Part shown: piece by piece, positions 10,778-23,343 of the stretch
Layout: each line of letters begins with the position of its first letter
Position numbering within the stretch: the first letter of the stretch is position 1
NCBI GenBank assembly: GCA_001643675.2
Contig: LSRY02000007.1
Location: 558,001-622,000 of the forward strand
Origin: Monocercomonoides exilis PA203
Taxonomy: Eukaryota > Protista > Preaxostyla
Length of the DNA: 64,000 nucleotides
Direction: 5' to 3'
The notes under the pieces: model-generated
Told to the model about the DNA's origin: nothing
Database searches by the model: none
The model's input: the letters and a program-made list of their open reading frames with translations, nothing else
Made by a program: the position numbers and the translations under genes

Positions 10778-13700
10778 ATGCCCCCCACAGTTCTTATGGT
10801 GTGTGAGAAGCCATCAATCGCCGAGTCTATTTCCAAGGCGCTTTCTCATGGAAAATATGAAACTCGACGTTCTCGAAACTTGATCGTTCATGAATTCTCT
10901 GGACCATTTCGACAATATAGCAATTGCCTTTTCAAAGTTACAGGACTTTTTGGCCATATTTTTTCAACTGACTTTCCATCACATTTTAATTCATGGACTG
11001 CTGTTAAACCCGCTGAATTATTTGATGCGCCAGTTTTAAAGGTTGAAGAAAAAGGAAAATCAGTTTCTGGTGCTTTGGAGTTCGAAGCTCACCAAGCAGA
11101 TTTTGTTGTTTTATGCTTGGATTGTGATAGAGAAGGTGAAAATATTTGCTTTGAAGTGCTAAGTATTATAGAGCACAAACTCACAAAGAGCAACGAACAA
11201 AGAATATTTCGAGCAAAATTTTCAGCTGTGACGGAGCAGGATATGCGTCACGCAATGAGCACATTGACAACGCCAAATCTTAATGAATCTCTTGCAGTTG
11301 ATGCAAGACAAGAGCTGGATTTGAAAGTTGGCGTTGCATTTACTAGATTTCAAACAATGTATTTTCAAGACAAATATGGAGATTTAAATTCTCAATTACT
11401 GTCATACGGACCATGTCAAGTTTGCATATTACAAAATGATATTTATTAAAACAATAATATATTTTTCAATAATTAATGCCTTTTTTTTAAATTTAAAACA
11501 TTTTTATCAAAAACGCACAGACGCCAACATTAGGATTTTGCGTTGATAGGCATGACGCCATCCAAAAGTTTGTTCCAGAGAAGTTTTATGTGATCACTCC
11601 AACTTTTGTGAAGCTGTCTGCAAGTGCCGCAGCAAGTGCATCAGCTTATCTGTCGATGGGGTCTTCTTCCACATCTGCGCCGCAGGATCCGCAGCGCTTC
11701 ATCCAAGGCGAAGAGCTGACGGCTCCAGCCGAGTGGGAGCGCGGGCGCCTGTTTGACGAAGATGTGACGAAGATGCTGATGGGGCGGATGGCAGATGCGG
11801 GGAAGATCGGCGTGGTGAGCGACTACGAGGTGAAAAACGAAAAGACGCCGAGGCCTGTCCCGCTGAACACGGTTGCCTTCCTCCGCGCAGCGTCTTCGCA
11901 GCTGGGCCTGTCCTCGTACGAGGCGCTAAATGTGGCTGAGTCGATCTACACGCGGGGCTACATGTCGTATCCGAGAACAGAGTCAACAATGTACCCTGCC
12001 TCGTTCGATGTTCGGGGCATTGTCAACCAGTTTCTGAAGAATCCTTATTGGTTTGCTGAGAGATTTGTAATTGCTGTGAATGAAGTCGTGATTTTATTAA
12101 CGCATTTTTTTTTACTTCTTTTTTTCATACATTCATTGATCGTAATTAATTTTCAATTTGTTTGTTAAAAATTATTAATCCATTCTTTTCTTTCTTTTTC
12201 TTTTCTTTATCTCTTTTTTTATTGCGCCCCAGGGAATCAGCCGCCCGTGTAGCACTAGCAGGCCCTTTGCATGGGCGAGGAGGAGTGGATGCTGGCGACC
12301 ATCCACCGCTCACGCCCACACAGCCCATCGATCGGAACGGACCTCTCTCAGGCATCCATTGGCGGGTGTATGAGATGGTCACACGGCATTTCCTCGCGTC
12401 GCTGGCGCCTGACCAGGAAGTGCGGAAGCAGGTGCTGACAATCGACGTGGCTGGGGAGAAGTTCAAGATGCGCGCGAAGAAGGTGATCAGAGCAGGCTAC
12501 ACAGAGATCCAGCCGTGGCTGCAGACGAAAGACACGTCGATCCCTGCGATGGAGAGGGGGCAGCTGGTTGGGGTGAAAACGCTGAAGATCACGACAGGCA
12601 CAACATCTCCTCCGGACTATCTGACAGAGTCTGATCTGATCGGCCTGATGGAGAAGAACGGGATTGGGACAGATGCGTCTATTCCGACGCACATCCAGTC
12701 GATCTGCGAGAGAAACTATGTGGAAGTGCAGGGCAGCCAGCGGTCGATGGTGCCGACGAAGCTGGGCATTGCGCTGGTGCACGGGTACCACCGCATCGAC
12801 CCGGACTTGGTGCTGCCGAAGGTGCGGAGCCAGATCGAGTCGCTGATCACGCTCATCGCCGAAGGGAAGGCGAGGAAAGAGGAGGTGCTGGTGCACTCCA
12901 TCTCAAACTTCAAGCTGAAGTTTGAGTTTTTTGAGAAGAACGTGCAGATTATGGACGAGCTGTTTGAGAATTCCTTTGCGAAGATGGCTGACTGCGGGAA
13001 GCCGTTCACCCAGTGCGGGCGGTGCCATCGGTACATGAACCTCATTCTCACACGGCCAGCCAGACTGTATTGTGCAACATGCGATCTTATCTGCAAGCTG
13101 CCAGATGACACACAGATTAAGCAGTTTAAACAGGAGAAGTGCCCATTGGTGTGTGGAAGAGTGGTTTTTTCTTTTTCTTTTTTTTCAAAGAGGATTGAAA
13201 GTGAATGTGGATTTTCTTTTGCTTCTTTCCAATTTTTTTCTTTCTTTCATTCTTTTTTTTTTTTTAATGTTGATTGAAATGATAATATTTTTGAATATGA
13301 AAACTTAATTTCTCATTCATTAATTCATTTTTTTATGAAAAAAACTTCATTTCTCCAATCACCTTCACACCTTCACATCTTCATTCACTCACTCACTCAC
13401 TCATTCATTCATTCATTCAAACAGGACAACTTCTCTCTTCTTCAATGCACATACAAGCGCCCCGCCACACGCGAGGCAGCAGCAGTCACGATGTCATACA
13501 CCATCTGCCCGCTATGCTACACAAACCCTCCTTCAGATGTTGTCCTCACGCCGATGGCATCGCTGGGAGAGAAAGGAATGCGCTGCCAGAGATGCCCAGA
13601 CAAATCGTGCCAATATGCACTCGCTGCAAATACGGTGTGTATTTTTTTGTGTGTTTTTGTGTTTGTGTGTTACATTGAGTGAGGATTATTTGAGGATGGA

Positions 13701-14078
13701 TATTTTTGTGGGATGGTTTTGGAATGAGATGGGTGATATTTTTGTGATTTTTGCTTAGTTTTTTTTTAAAGTTGGTTCAAAATGATTGAATTATTTTTGA
13801 TCGTAATGTTATGTTATAATGCTTAATGCCCTTTTCTTTTCTTTTATATTTTCTTTTCTATTCAATTTTTCCAACAAATATTTCAAAATTATTTTTTTTT
13901 TAATTTAATTTTGAAACACACAAAGATTGGTCCCTGCTTTATGGACAACTGCACAGGGGTTATGGTGCTTGACAGGACATCCTCTCCCAATTGGAGGATC
14001 AACTGCTCTTTGTGCTCGTTCTCTACCATCTTCGACCCTCGTGTCACAAACGTATGCTATTTAAATGAAATAATGTTT

Positions 14079-14122
<44 letters not shown>

Positions 14123-14772
14123 TTTTCGTTTTTTCGTTTTTTCGTTTTCACATAGTTTTTGCAAATTATTTTATGAGAACTTGGAAAAAATCAAATATAT
14201 AAATATTCACCCTCTTTTACTCACTTACAATACCATTTATTCTATTGCTTTCTTGTTTATTTCTGCTTTTCGTTTAATATGTTGAAAATTTTTATTACAT
14301 ACATGTCTTAATATTTCTCTTTATTCATCCATTTTTGATTCAGATTTCATTAAACACGGGGCATATATGCGAAGAGTGCGGACTTCTCACAGAAATGACG
14401 CTGATGGTCAAGCCACCAGCAGCTGACCCATCTGCAGGCATAGCATCATCATCATCAACTCCATCATCATCAACATCTTCTTCTTCTTCATCTTCTTCAT
14501 CAAAAGAACAATATCCCATCATTGGCTGTCTGTCTTGCACGGACGAGCTGAGAGATTTGTGCACGATGTCTTCGACAAGTCTTGCCGTGTTTAGAAGCAG
14601 ATTTGGAAGAGGAGGAGGGAGAGGAAGAGGAAGAGGAAGAGGAAGAGGAAGAGGAAGAGGAAGGGGAAGAGGGAGAAGGGGAGGAAGAGGAAGAGGACGA
14701 GGAAGATTTGGAGGGTCAAGCGATGGCTATGAAACAGTTGATGGAAAAAGAATTTTCAATCCATTTGCATAG
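10778..14772 (+). CDS. TOP3B: DNA/RNA topoisomerase III beta, multi-exon
   Basis: Toprim VLMVCEKPSIA and DCDREGENI, SYGPCQ|TPTLG, active site GYMSYPRTES, GIGTDAS, C-terminal CxxC Zn-binding repeats and an RG/RGG tail typical of Top3beta. Confidence 0.95.
14606..14706 (+). repeat. (GGAAGA)n encoding the RG/RGG tail of TOP3B
   Basis: Visible hexamer repeat translating to GRGRGRG... Confidence 0.9.
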
Positions 14773-15046
14773 CCTTCGATTTGTTTTTTCAATTAAAAGA
14801 TAAAAATTCAGATTTCTATGAAAAAAAAAAATGGTTTTGTCTGAATAGTCCAAATTTAATACATTCGGAAAAATGTTATGAATTCGACTGTGCGAAAAAG
14901 AATATGTCAAATCATAGCTAAAAGCCTTTGCAATGACATTTACTATAAAAAATTTTTTTCCTGATGGAGTTATGAACAAAAAAGTTTTTTCGTTTTTTGT
15001 TTGCTTGATCTTTCATTAATAAAAATATAATATTTTTTATATAATA

Positions 15047-15916
15047 ATGAGTTCGAATTATCAATCAATTGATGCAAATGGAAAGCCAAAAATAGGTTTT
15101 ATTCAAAGGCTTGGAATCGTTTGGCTTGTCCTCAGTTGTATCTTTTTTGTTGTTGCACTTGCTTTGGCAATTGTTCTTATTGTTATGATGGATAAATATG
15201 GAGACCAATCAATCCCTGAAGCATCAATACTCCCGAGAGTTAGAGCTGTTGATGATATCGTTTCTGCATCAGCGGAATACAACGGGCATTTCAATAGAGA
15301 TGGAGCAACTTATCGTTACTATCGAAGATCGAATTTTTATAACAAAAAACCAACAAAGACAATAAAGTTATTACCAGAATTTAAAACATATCAACAAACA
15401 AATGGTTGGGGATGCGGAGCCGCTGCTTCATTAATGGCATTATCATATCTTGGAGAACAAAACATCAATGAGCATATTTTGGCAACAGAAACGGGACATG
15501 CAGAGCCGGGTGCACAACCTTCAGATGTCATAAAAGTATTTAAAAATCGTGGATATACCGTTGTATCTTCATTAGATGATCCAAAAAATAATAAACGTTA
15601 TTTTCCTGAAACGAAAGATTTCGTTGGTAATTTAACATCTTGGCTCGATAAGAAAATTCCAATGTTGGTAAAATTAGGAGGACACTGGAGCGTAATAATT
15701 GGATACGATGATGTTGGCATGCCAGGTGAATACCAAAATCATGTTTTGATTTTGGCAGATTCGTGGGATACTCATGATTTTCATCAAGATGGATACATTG
15801 TGTATACTTTTGATTATTTCTGGAATTTATGGACAAACTGCGCAACAGAAACAGAACTTAAAAATGCAAAAACAGGCGAGAAATATCAGCAATTTGTTGT
15901 TGGATACAAATCATAA
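15047..15916 (+). CDS. Membrane-anchored papain-like C39-family peptidase, intronless
   Basis: N-terminal TM helix, then YQQTNGWGCG (Gln, catalytic Cys), GHWSVIIGYD (His) and LADSWD (Asp). Confidence 0.8.
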   Translation: MSSNYQSIDANGKPKIGFIQRLGIVWLVLSCIFFVVALALAIVLIVMMDKYGDQSIPEASILPRVRAVDDIVSASAEYNGHFNRDGATYRYYRRSNFYNKKPTKTIKLLPEFKTYQQTNGWGCGAAASLMALSYLGEQNINEHILATETGHAEPGAQPSDVIKVFKNRGYTVVSSLDDPKNNKRYFPETKDFVGNLTSWLDKKIPMLVKLGGHWSVIIGYDDVGMPGEYQNHVLILADSWDTHDFHQDGYIVYTFDYFWNLWTNCATETELKNAKTGEKYQQFVVGYKS

Positions 15917-16459
15917 ATTTTCGTTTTTTTATTTCAAAAAAAAAAAATTAACTAAATTAAATAATTTTAATTTATTTTATTTTTGCTATTTTCGTTTCAC
16001 TTTTCGCAGGGTTAGTTTTATTTATATTATTTTACCAAGAGCTTTCATATCTTTTTTCATTAGATGAAATTTGAATAAGAAATTTCAATTCGAATAACTT
16101 CATTTTATTCGAATAAAGCATAACTTTATTTGAATTATAGATATTTTACCATAACTATGAATTGTTTCGTAAAAAATTATAAATACTGAATACAAACAAG
16201 TTATTACGAATAGTTCAACTTGTTAGACGAAACATCTATGTTGTTCCTGTAATTACTCATTCTTTCGATAAATATAATTTTTTTACTGATAAACCATGAA
16301 AAACCCGTAACAAGTCTGTCTTTCTCGTAAAAGCTTTATCAAACTCGGAAAAAGGATAAAAAATTTAATCCTGGGTCGCAAGCTATTGTGAAAAAAGTTA
16401 AAAAAAGTGTTTTTGAAAACAATTCGAAACATGATCGTAAATTATAATTATTATTTTTC

Positions 16460-17914
16460 TATTGATTCAAATAGAAAGATTTTTTCAGCAAAGAAGAATG
16501 CAAACAAAAACAGCATCCGGGATAAATAGCAGAAATTTTTTTATTGATAAAGGAAGTGGATACAACATTGAAAATTAAGTTATTATTGGTAAAATAGTGT
16601 GACGAAGAAAGAAACACTGCGAAGCAGTGAAAATGGATATTGACAGCATCAGTGATTGAACAATCTTCTGCATTTGCGAAAAAGATGGCAGGTGTGTTCT
16701 TTTGAGGAGTTTTTATAATCAACGCAAAACTAATTATTTTTATGTATTTTTTAAATCATTTTTCCATTCCAGCAAACAGCATTTTTTATGTTGAGCGTCA
16801 TTCTCAGAGACAATCCATTTCAAACAGCATTTTTGTGGGCAGTGAGTTTTCTTCTCCTTCTCCTTCGATCTCTTCATTGACAATATTCTTGTTTGGTTGA
16901 TGTGAAGAACGCGTTTTTCGTTTTTGAGAATTTACTGTTTGGACAGTCATCATACTCTCATGTTACAACATATAATAAATCTGCCTTCTCTTGCTGCTAT
17001 TGGCTGTAATGAAATTGGAACCTGTCCATTATATCTGCATTTTCTTCAGATGATTCTTGCTCGCCTTTGTCGCCCAGTTCGTCCAAAGAGCACCATCAGA
17101 TTCAATTCACATTATTTCTCTCTCAGATGCCCCTTCTTCTTTTTCTTCTTTCGTTTTCTTTTTCATATCTGCTACTTCGAGAATTTTGTTTGCGAAAGCA
17201 GTCATTGTGTTGAAATCTGATCATTCAGCATTAACTTCATAATCACCTTCTTCTTCTTCTTCTTCTTCTTCTTCTTCTTCAGTCTTTGATGAATTGCCTG
17301 AACTCTCAGCCAATCAACAAGAACAACAGCTGCAACAACAACTGGGACAGCTGAATGTGTATTCACTTCCTGTTCCGTCTGTTGCAAGAACATCTTCTCT
17401 GAAGGAAAAAAGAAATTCTTCATTGAATTCATAAGAATCATCTTCTAAGTCAGATGATTATGATAATGATAATAATGGTGTTAATGATAATGATTATGCT
17501 TCTTCTTCTTCTTCTTCTTCTTCTTCTTCTTCTTCTTCTTCTTCTTCTTCTTCTTCTTCTTCTTCTTCTTCTTTTGTTCAGTCATCTTCTTCGCCGGTCA
17601 TTCAGATTGCACAAGTTTCGCCTTCTTCTCTTTCGTCAAATCATCTTTCACTTCCACCTTCACCTTCACAACCACTTCCTTCTTCAACATCATTCTCTTT
17701 TTCTTCTTCTTCTTTGAACAGTTCAACTCTTCCAATTGATTCACTTGCCTCTTTGCCTTCCACTCCTGTTGCTTCATCTGAATCATCTGCTCACAATTCA
17801 CTCAGCAGCCCTTCTGCAAAAGATTCTTCTCCTTCTCTTCCTATCAATAATCTGTCGCCTTTTTCTTCTTCTTCTTCTTCTTCTTCTTCTTCTTCTTCTT
17901 CTTCTTCTTCTTCT

Positions 17915-17953
<39 letters not shown>

Positions 17954-20900
17954 TCTTCTTCCTCTTCTTCTTCAACCTCTTCACCTTCTTATTCACTTCT
18001 TCCCCTTCTCCTCCTCCTCCTCCTCTTCCTCCTCTTCCTCTTCCTCTTCCTCTTCCTCCTCCTCCTCCTCCTCCTCCTCCTCCTCCTCATCATCATCATC
18101 ATCATCCTTCCTTTTTCTTCTTCTTCTTCTTCTTCTTCGTTGTCTTCTTCCGCTTCCTCTTAACTGTATATTTTCCACTTGCGTTGGATCAGTCCATGGA
18201 CATTCTGATGCATTTATTCCATTCAATTCTTCAGCACATATAAACTGAACAAAATATAAATCATTCTCATTCATTCGCCTCAATATGTCAACGTTGAATG
18301 ATTGATGTTTTCATTCATATTATTAGATATAAAATGACATCAAGATGGATTCATTTCATTTTATTTCTTCTTCTTCAACGCTTTCTTCGATGATCAACAA
18401 AAATATTAATATTTCCATTTCATTCGACTCTAGCCAAATTCAGCACCATACCTCGTCTTTCATTTCAATCCAGAACCACAGATAATTATAAATACTATCA
18501 CAGAATATTAGCTGAAATTATGAGACAACGAAATGGAAGTAACTTTTTGCGGAGAAAATCGATGAGCATGGCAAAATAAAAAAAAGGAGGGCAGTTCTGA
18601 CTCTTTATATTTAGAAACCGAAGCATTTGCAATGAAAACAGAAAATGCATTGAAGCAATTCTTTTATGAAATGAATGAGCTCAAAAATAGCGTTCGGCAG
18701 GTTACACAACGTCACACGTCTTCAAATAATCGTGGAAAATGAAACGATGAGGGAAAGCGATTTCGAGGAAATTCTTATTTGAAGAAAAATTCTATGAAAG
18801 AAGAGAATAAATGCCCGACAAGCAATGTTGATTTCATCAAATGCATATATGAGATGTTTTCTTCTATTTTGTGTTCCATCTCCCCATCTTTCTTCGACTT
18901 TGCCTTCTTTTGCACATATTTTCACCGACAAGTCAGCTGATGAAATGATTTCTGCCTTATGATCTGCACCTTCTTCAGAAGCCCCGTCGCATTGCGTGTG
19001 CACTTGCAGGGCATCTTTGATAGCCAGCAATACATTTCTTTGATGCCAAGTATGTTTTCCACGTATTCATTGTCAGCTGAATGCCCGTTGAGAAATATAA
19101 ACAAATCAACATCCCAATCACCGAATGCTTCTATTCTGTCATGTCCAACAACCGAGTTGTCTTTCTGAGTGATGCTTCTCATGAAGGCGAACAAGGGTTC
19201 CTTCACAGAAGCGACAAATGATTCGCACACAAAATACACATCTCTTCCGACGCTGGCTTTGTTGGATGAAAACACGATATTGGTGATGGAAAAGGAGGAT
19301 TCTGACACTTGTGAGCCTTGGTTGAACTCGATCATGAGAGCACCGCCTCTTCCTCCAGAACTTGTATCCTCGCTCACACAGCAGGTGGAGAAGGTGGTGT
19401 TGTTCACTGAAAATGTGTTGGCAGGGGCAGATGAAGCGAATGAGATGCATCCTTCATTGGTGGCAGTCTGTTGGCTCAACTGTTCTGAATTGATGCTGGT
19501 CATGGTGCAGTTGGCGAGGGAGAGGGAGAGGGCAGGGGAGGTGGCAGAGGAGAGGACACAGCTGGTGGGGGTGGCAGTGGAGGTGATGTGGGTGATGTTG
19601 GAGGAGTTGAGGGTGAGGGGTGCTGTGAGGGAGGTGAGGTGGAAGATGCTTTGGCTGTTGAGGGCGAGACTGGTGATTGCTGTGTGGTTGAGGGCGAGGG
19701 AACCAGCAGTGAGGAAGAAGAGGGGGGTTTTTATTGTTATTGAGGTTGTTCCGGTGATGGTGGTTGTGTTGAGGTTGAGGGAAGGGGAGTTACCGGAGAG
19801 GTGGAAGAGGATGGGGGTGATTTGATTTGTGGAGTTGTGAGCGATGGCGAGAGCAGAGACTGTGAGGGAGCCCTGTGTTTGCTGGAAGAGGGTAGACGAG
19901 GCAGATGGATCTTGTGAAGAAGATGTTGATAATGATGAGGATGATGATGAAAATGATGATGTTGATTGTGATGACTGTGAATGTGGGTTTTGTGGTTGGG
20001 GAATGCCACTGGAGGCAATGGTGGTGGCAGTTGTGCCATTTCCAGTGATTTTTATATTAAAAGCAAGGAAGATAAGTGCCTGGATGGGAGCAAAGGTGGA
20101 TTTAAGAAGGATGAGGGAGGCATCTCGGAGGAGGGCGAAGCTGCTGAGGGAATATTCGATGGTGGCACATGGGCTTTGATGTGTTTTGCCACATGCATCA
20201 ATGTCTGATCCTCCATTTGCAACGAATTTATTTCGGGCAATGAGAGGGAGCCAACTGTTGAATGTCTCGTTATCTGCAGTTCCACAATTCCAAACTCTTT
20301 TTGATAGGGTTGTTGATCTGCAATTCTCGAATGGAGATTGTGTGATGATGTTTCCACTGAAGTACACATGATTCACCTTGCCATTAGAAGCGATGTTGTC
20401 ATCGAAGAAACAGAAAGTGATGTATTTCATTCCATTCATCCAGGAATATGTGTCTCTGAAAAACATTGCAGCACCTCCACAATTGGTATAAGAAGATGTC
20501 AATTTATTGTTTATGAACTGGCAATCGTTTATTAAAAATTGACTTGGCTTGTTGCTTGGAGGGTAATGAAATGTGAGAGAACCAGTGGAGTCTCCATCAG
20601 AATTTGTGATACACTTGCATTTGGTGAACAGGAATTGACCGTTTGAAGGAAAATCACCAATATAGAAATACCATCCAGTACCGCACCAATCTGTTATTGA
20701 ACAATTTTCCACTCTGTTTTCTGAGTATGTCCAAACAGAAATGGATTGTGGATAAGCAATTCAATTTGCTCCTCCATGAGGAGCAGAACAGTTTGTGAAA
20801 TTGGATTTTGCAATATTCTCATTCTGTAAACTGTTGCTATATAACGCTCCGCCATTTGTTCCATCTGTGGAACAATTGAAGAATGAGCAAGATGTGATTG

Positions 20901-21598
20901 TGAGATTTGCACTCAAGCAAGCAACATAAAGTGCTCCACCCCAATCACTTTCGCTTTTTGAATCATTCCATTCACACCATTCAAATTTATGGATGTTCAA
21001 ATCAGTTAAGGGCAATCTTCTTAATTCCTTTCTTTGAGATTCAGTTCCAACATGCACCATAGCATCATTTGGAGAAGATCGAGTTTGGTGGAGGAAAGAT
21101 GCATTGAAGGTAGAGAGAGAAGTTGCAGGGCTGTTGAGGGAAGGGAGGATGGCACCATCGATGGGGTTGTGCGTGTGGAGGAAGATGGTTGAGTGGATGG
21201 AGAGGGATGAATGAAGAGAGAAGGAGGGGATTGTATTGGTGTTGGTGTTGGTGTTGGCGAAAGAAGAGGAAGAAGTGGTTGAGGTGAAAGGATTGAGTGA
21301 GTGTGAGGGAAGGGATGGAAGAGAAAGAGGGGATTTGGGAGAGGAGATGTTTGAGAAGAGGGTGTTTGAGAGATGGAGATTGAGGTGAATTTGGAGGTAG
21401 GAATGAGATTTGCAATAAATATGGAGAGGGGAAGAAGAAAAAAGGAAAGGCTGGATAAGGGAGATGAATGAGGAGAAAGAGGAGTGGGAGATGGAAAAAG
21501 AGGCAGGGATTTGGGGATTTGCATCTAGGAGGAGATAATATTGGATAAAGAAGAGGGGGAAGGAGAGGAAGAAGAAAAAAGAAAATCAAGTTTGTCAA
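16460..21598 (-). pseudogene. Decayed receptor-like surface protein gene (GGA-motif beta-helix-like ectodomain, TM remnant, low-complexity tail)
   Basis: ORFs 20761..21060 and 18922..20712 are in frame across a TGA (HGGAN*IAY). Contains the D.CG....PC.TI hinge shared with the 23.3-32.6 kb protein. Frameshifts near 19.0 and 21.1 kb; possible TM end IFVDHRRKR near 18.4 kb. Lower boundary uncertain. Confidence 0.65.
17247..18138. repeat. Cluster of (TTC)n, (CCT)n and (CAT)n microsatellites
   Basis: Runs at ~17247-17280, 17499-17573, 17865-17972, 18009-18105 and 18115-18138; read as poly-Glu/Asp on the minus strand. Confidence 0.95.
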
Positions 21599-22358
21599 CT
21601 TCCACGCTTCATTTCGTACACTTTTGCAGTTATTTGTGTTTCATGAAATGAAACTGTTCGGAGCATTTCACTTTTCCTCTCAACATTTTTATCCTGTTGA
21701 AAATCGTATCATCTGTGTTTTTTCCTAAATAAACGTAAAATCATTAGTGAAATAAACTTTAACTCTCGGTTTTTTTCTTTTTTTTGTCTTTGAAGCTCAT
21801 TTTGTTGGAATTTTGTCATATTTCCAATTAAAAACTAAAAGATCAAAATTGTTTTAAAAATTGAATAATTTATTCTTTAAAAAAACAACACCAAATGTAC
21901 CATTTAGCAATTTTGAAAGATAAAATATAATTTTTTAAGTACATTTTCAAGATGGATTTCAGCGTTAATTTGAATAAATTATCTTCATTTAAAATATACC
22001 AACTTCATTTAAAATAAACTAACTTTATTTGAATTAAATTGATTTATTTGAATTGAACAAGTCTATTCAAATTTCATCTATTGTTTGTCAAATGTACAGT
22101 AAAGTTTTATTGTTAGTACGTATACCAATATAATTTATTTATATTGTTGCTCCATGTCAAAATTCAATCTTTTTTTTTTTTTGGCTTATTTTTTTTTACC
22201 TTTTCCCAATAAAAATATTTAATTGTTTGGAGTGAAAAATGTTCATCGCGAATTTAACTTTAAAAAAATGATGTCCGATTTCATAAATCTCTTTGACAAA
22301 AAAATAAAAAATTAAAATAAAAGAAAAAATTAAAAAAAAAAAAGAACAAAACAAAATT

Positions 22359-22562
22359 TGGCTGATCCATTTAGAAATCAAACTTTCGTTCGAGTTTTGA
22401 TCAAAATTATAATCTCAATGCAATTTGTATCAAAATTTGTTTCCGCAATAACATCATGAACAACATGTATAAAAAGTTAAAGTTCATTTTTTCAAAATCC
22501 CATTGAGATAATAATTTTGATCAAAACTCGAACGAAAGTTTGATTTCAATAAGGATCAGCCA
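22359..22562. repeat. Inverted repeat, 62-bp arms with 80-bp loop (MITE/foldback-like)
   Basis: 22374-22420 versus the reverse complement of 22501-22547 match 46/47; arms extend with a few mismatches to TGGCTGATCC / GGATCAGCCA. Confidence 0.9.
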
Positions 22563-23343
22563 TATAAAAGAAAAGAAAAGAAAAGAAAAAACGAAATTCA
22601 GTGAAACTAAGTTATTTTCAAACAATTCGTTCTGCTCGATTTATTGCTGGAAAATATATGAAAATTTAATATTTATCAAAAAACATCATTTAGAATTTAT
22701 ATTTCAATTTATTGTGTTTCAATCAACGTTATTGCTTCAATTGAAGCAAAAAACATAAAACTTCATTAATAAGTAAATTTGAAAATAGATAGAATAATTC
22801 ATATCATTTTCCAAAAAATGAGATTGTTCACAATTTTAATACAAGCAAGGATATCAGAACTGAGTTTAACTGAAATTGATATTTTGCATTTGTCACAGAA
22901 ATGATATCTCAAAACTTCTGCAAATCAATTCATTTTTTCACCACAATTTTCTTCAAACTTGACAATTCTTTTCTCATTATGAAAGGCACTTTATGTTCAT
23001 TTTTTAAAAAAAAACTTAACAATATTTTATCAACAAAGAAAATCATTTCGAACTCCATATTTTTTTGTTTTCAATCTCATTGAAATGCATTCAAAACGAA
23101 AATCACAACATGAGCAATAATTTAATAGAAATCGAAGAGCTCGCGTTCACATCCTCAAAAAACAATTCTTTAAACAAGAAATTGCATCAAAAAGCCAAAT
23201 AAAACCGTAGCAAGCACGCCACAAACAGAAAACACCAAATGATGCACTTTTGAAAAAAAAAACACTCATTTCATTTACAGAATAACGAAAAATCAAAACA
23301 ATCTCCCTCTCATTCTTTTCCTTTCTCAACCTTCTCTTCTTCT

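Noticed and set aside
17454-18248. Poly-Leu/poly-Ser ORFs
   Set aside because: Products of trinucleotide microsatellites.
1-21060. Stop-codon reassignment or readthrough (in-frame TAA near 280 and at 5025, TGA at 20761)
   Set aside because: Intact genes here terminate with TAA, TAG and TGA, and two of the three affected loci also show frameshifts, so pseudogenisation is simpler.
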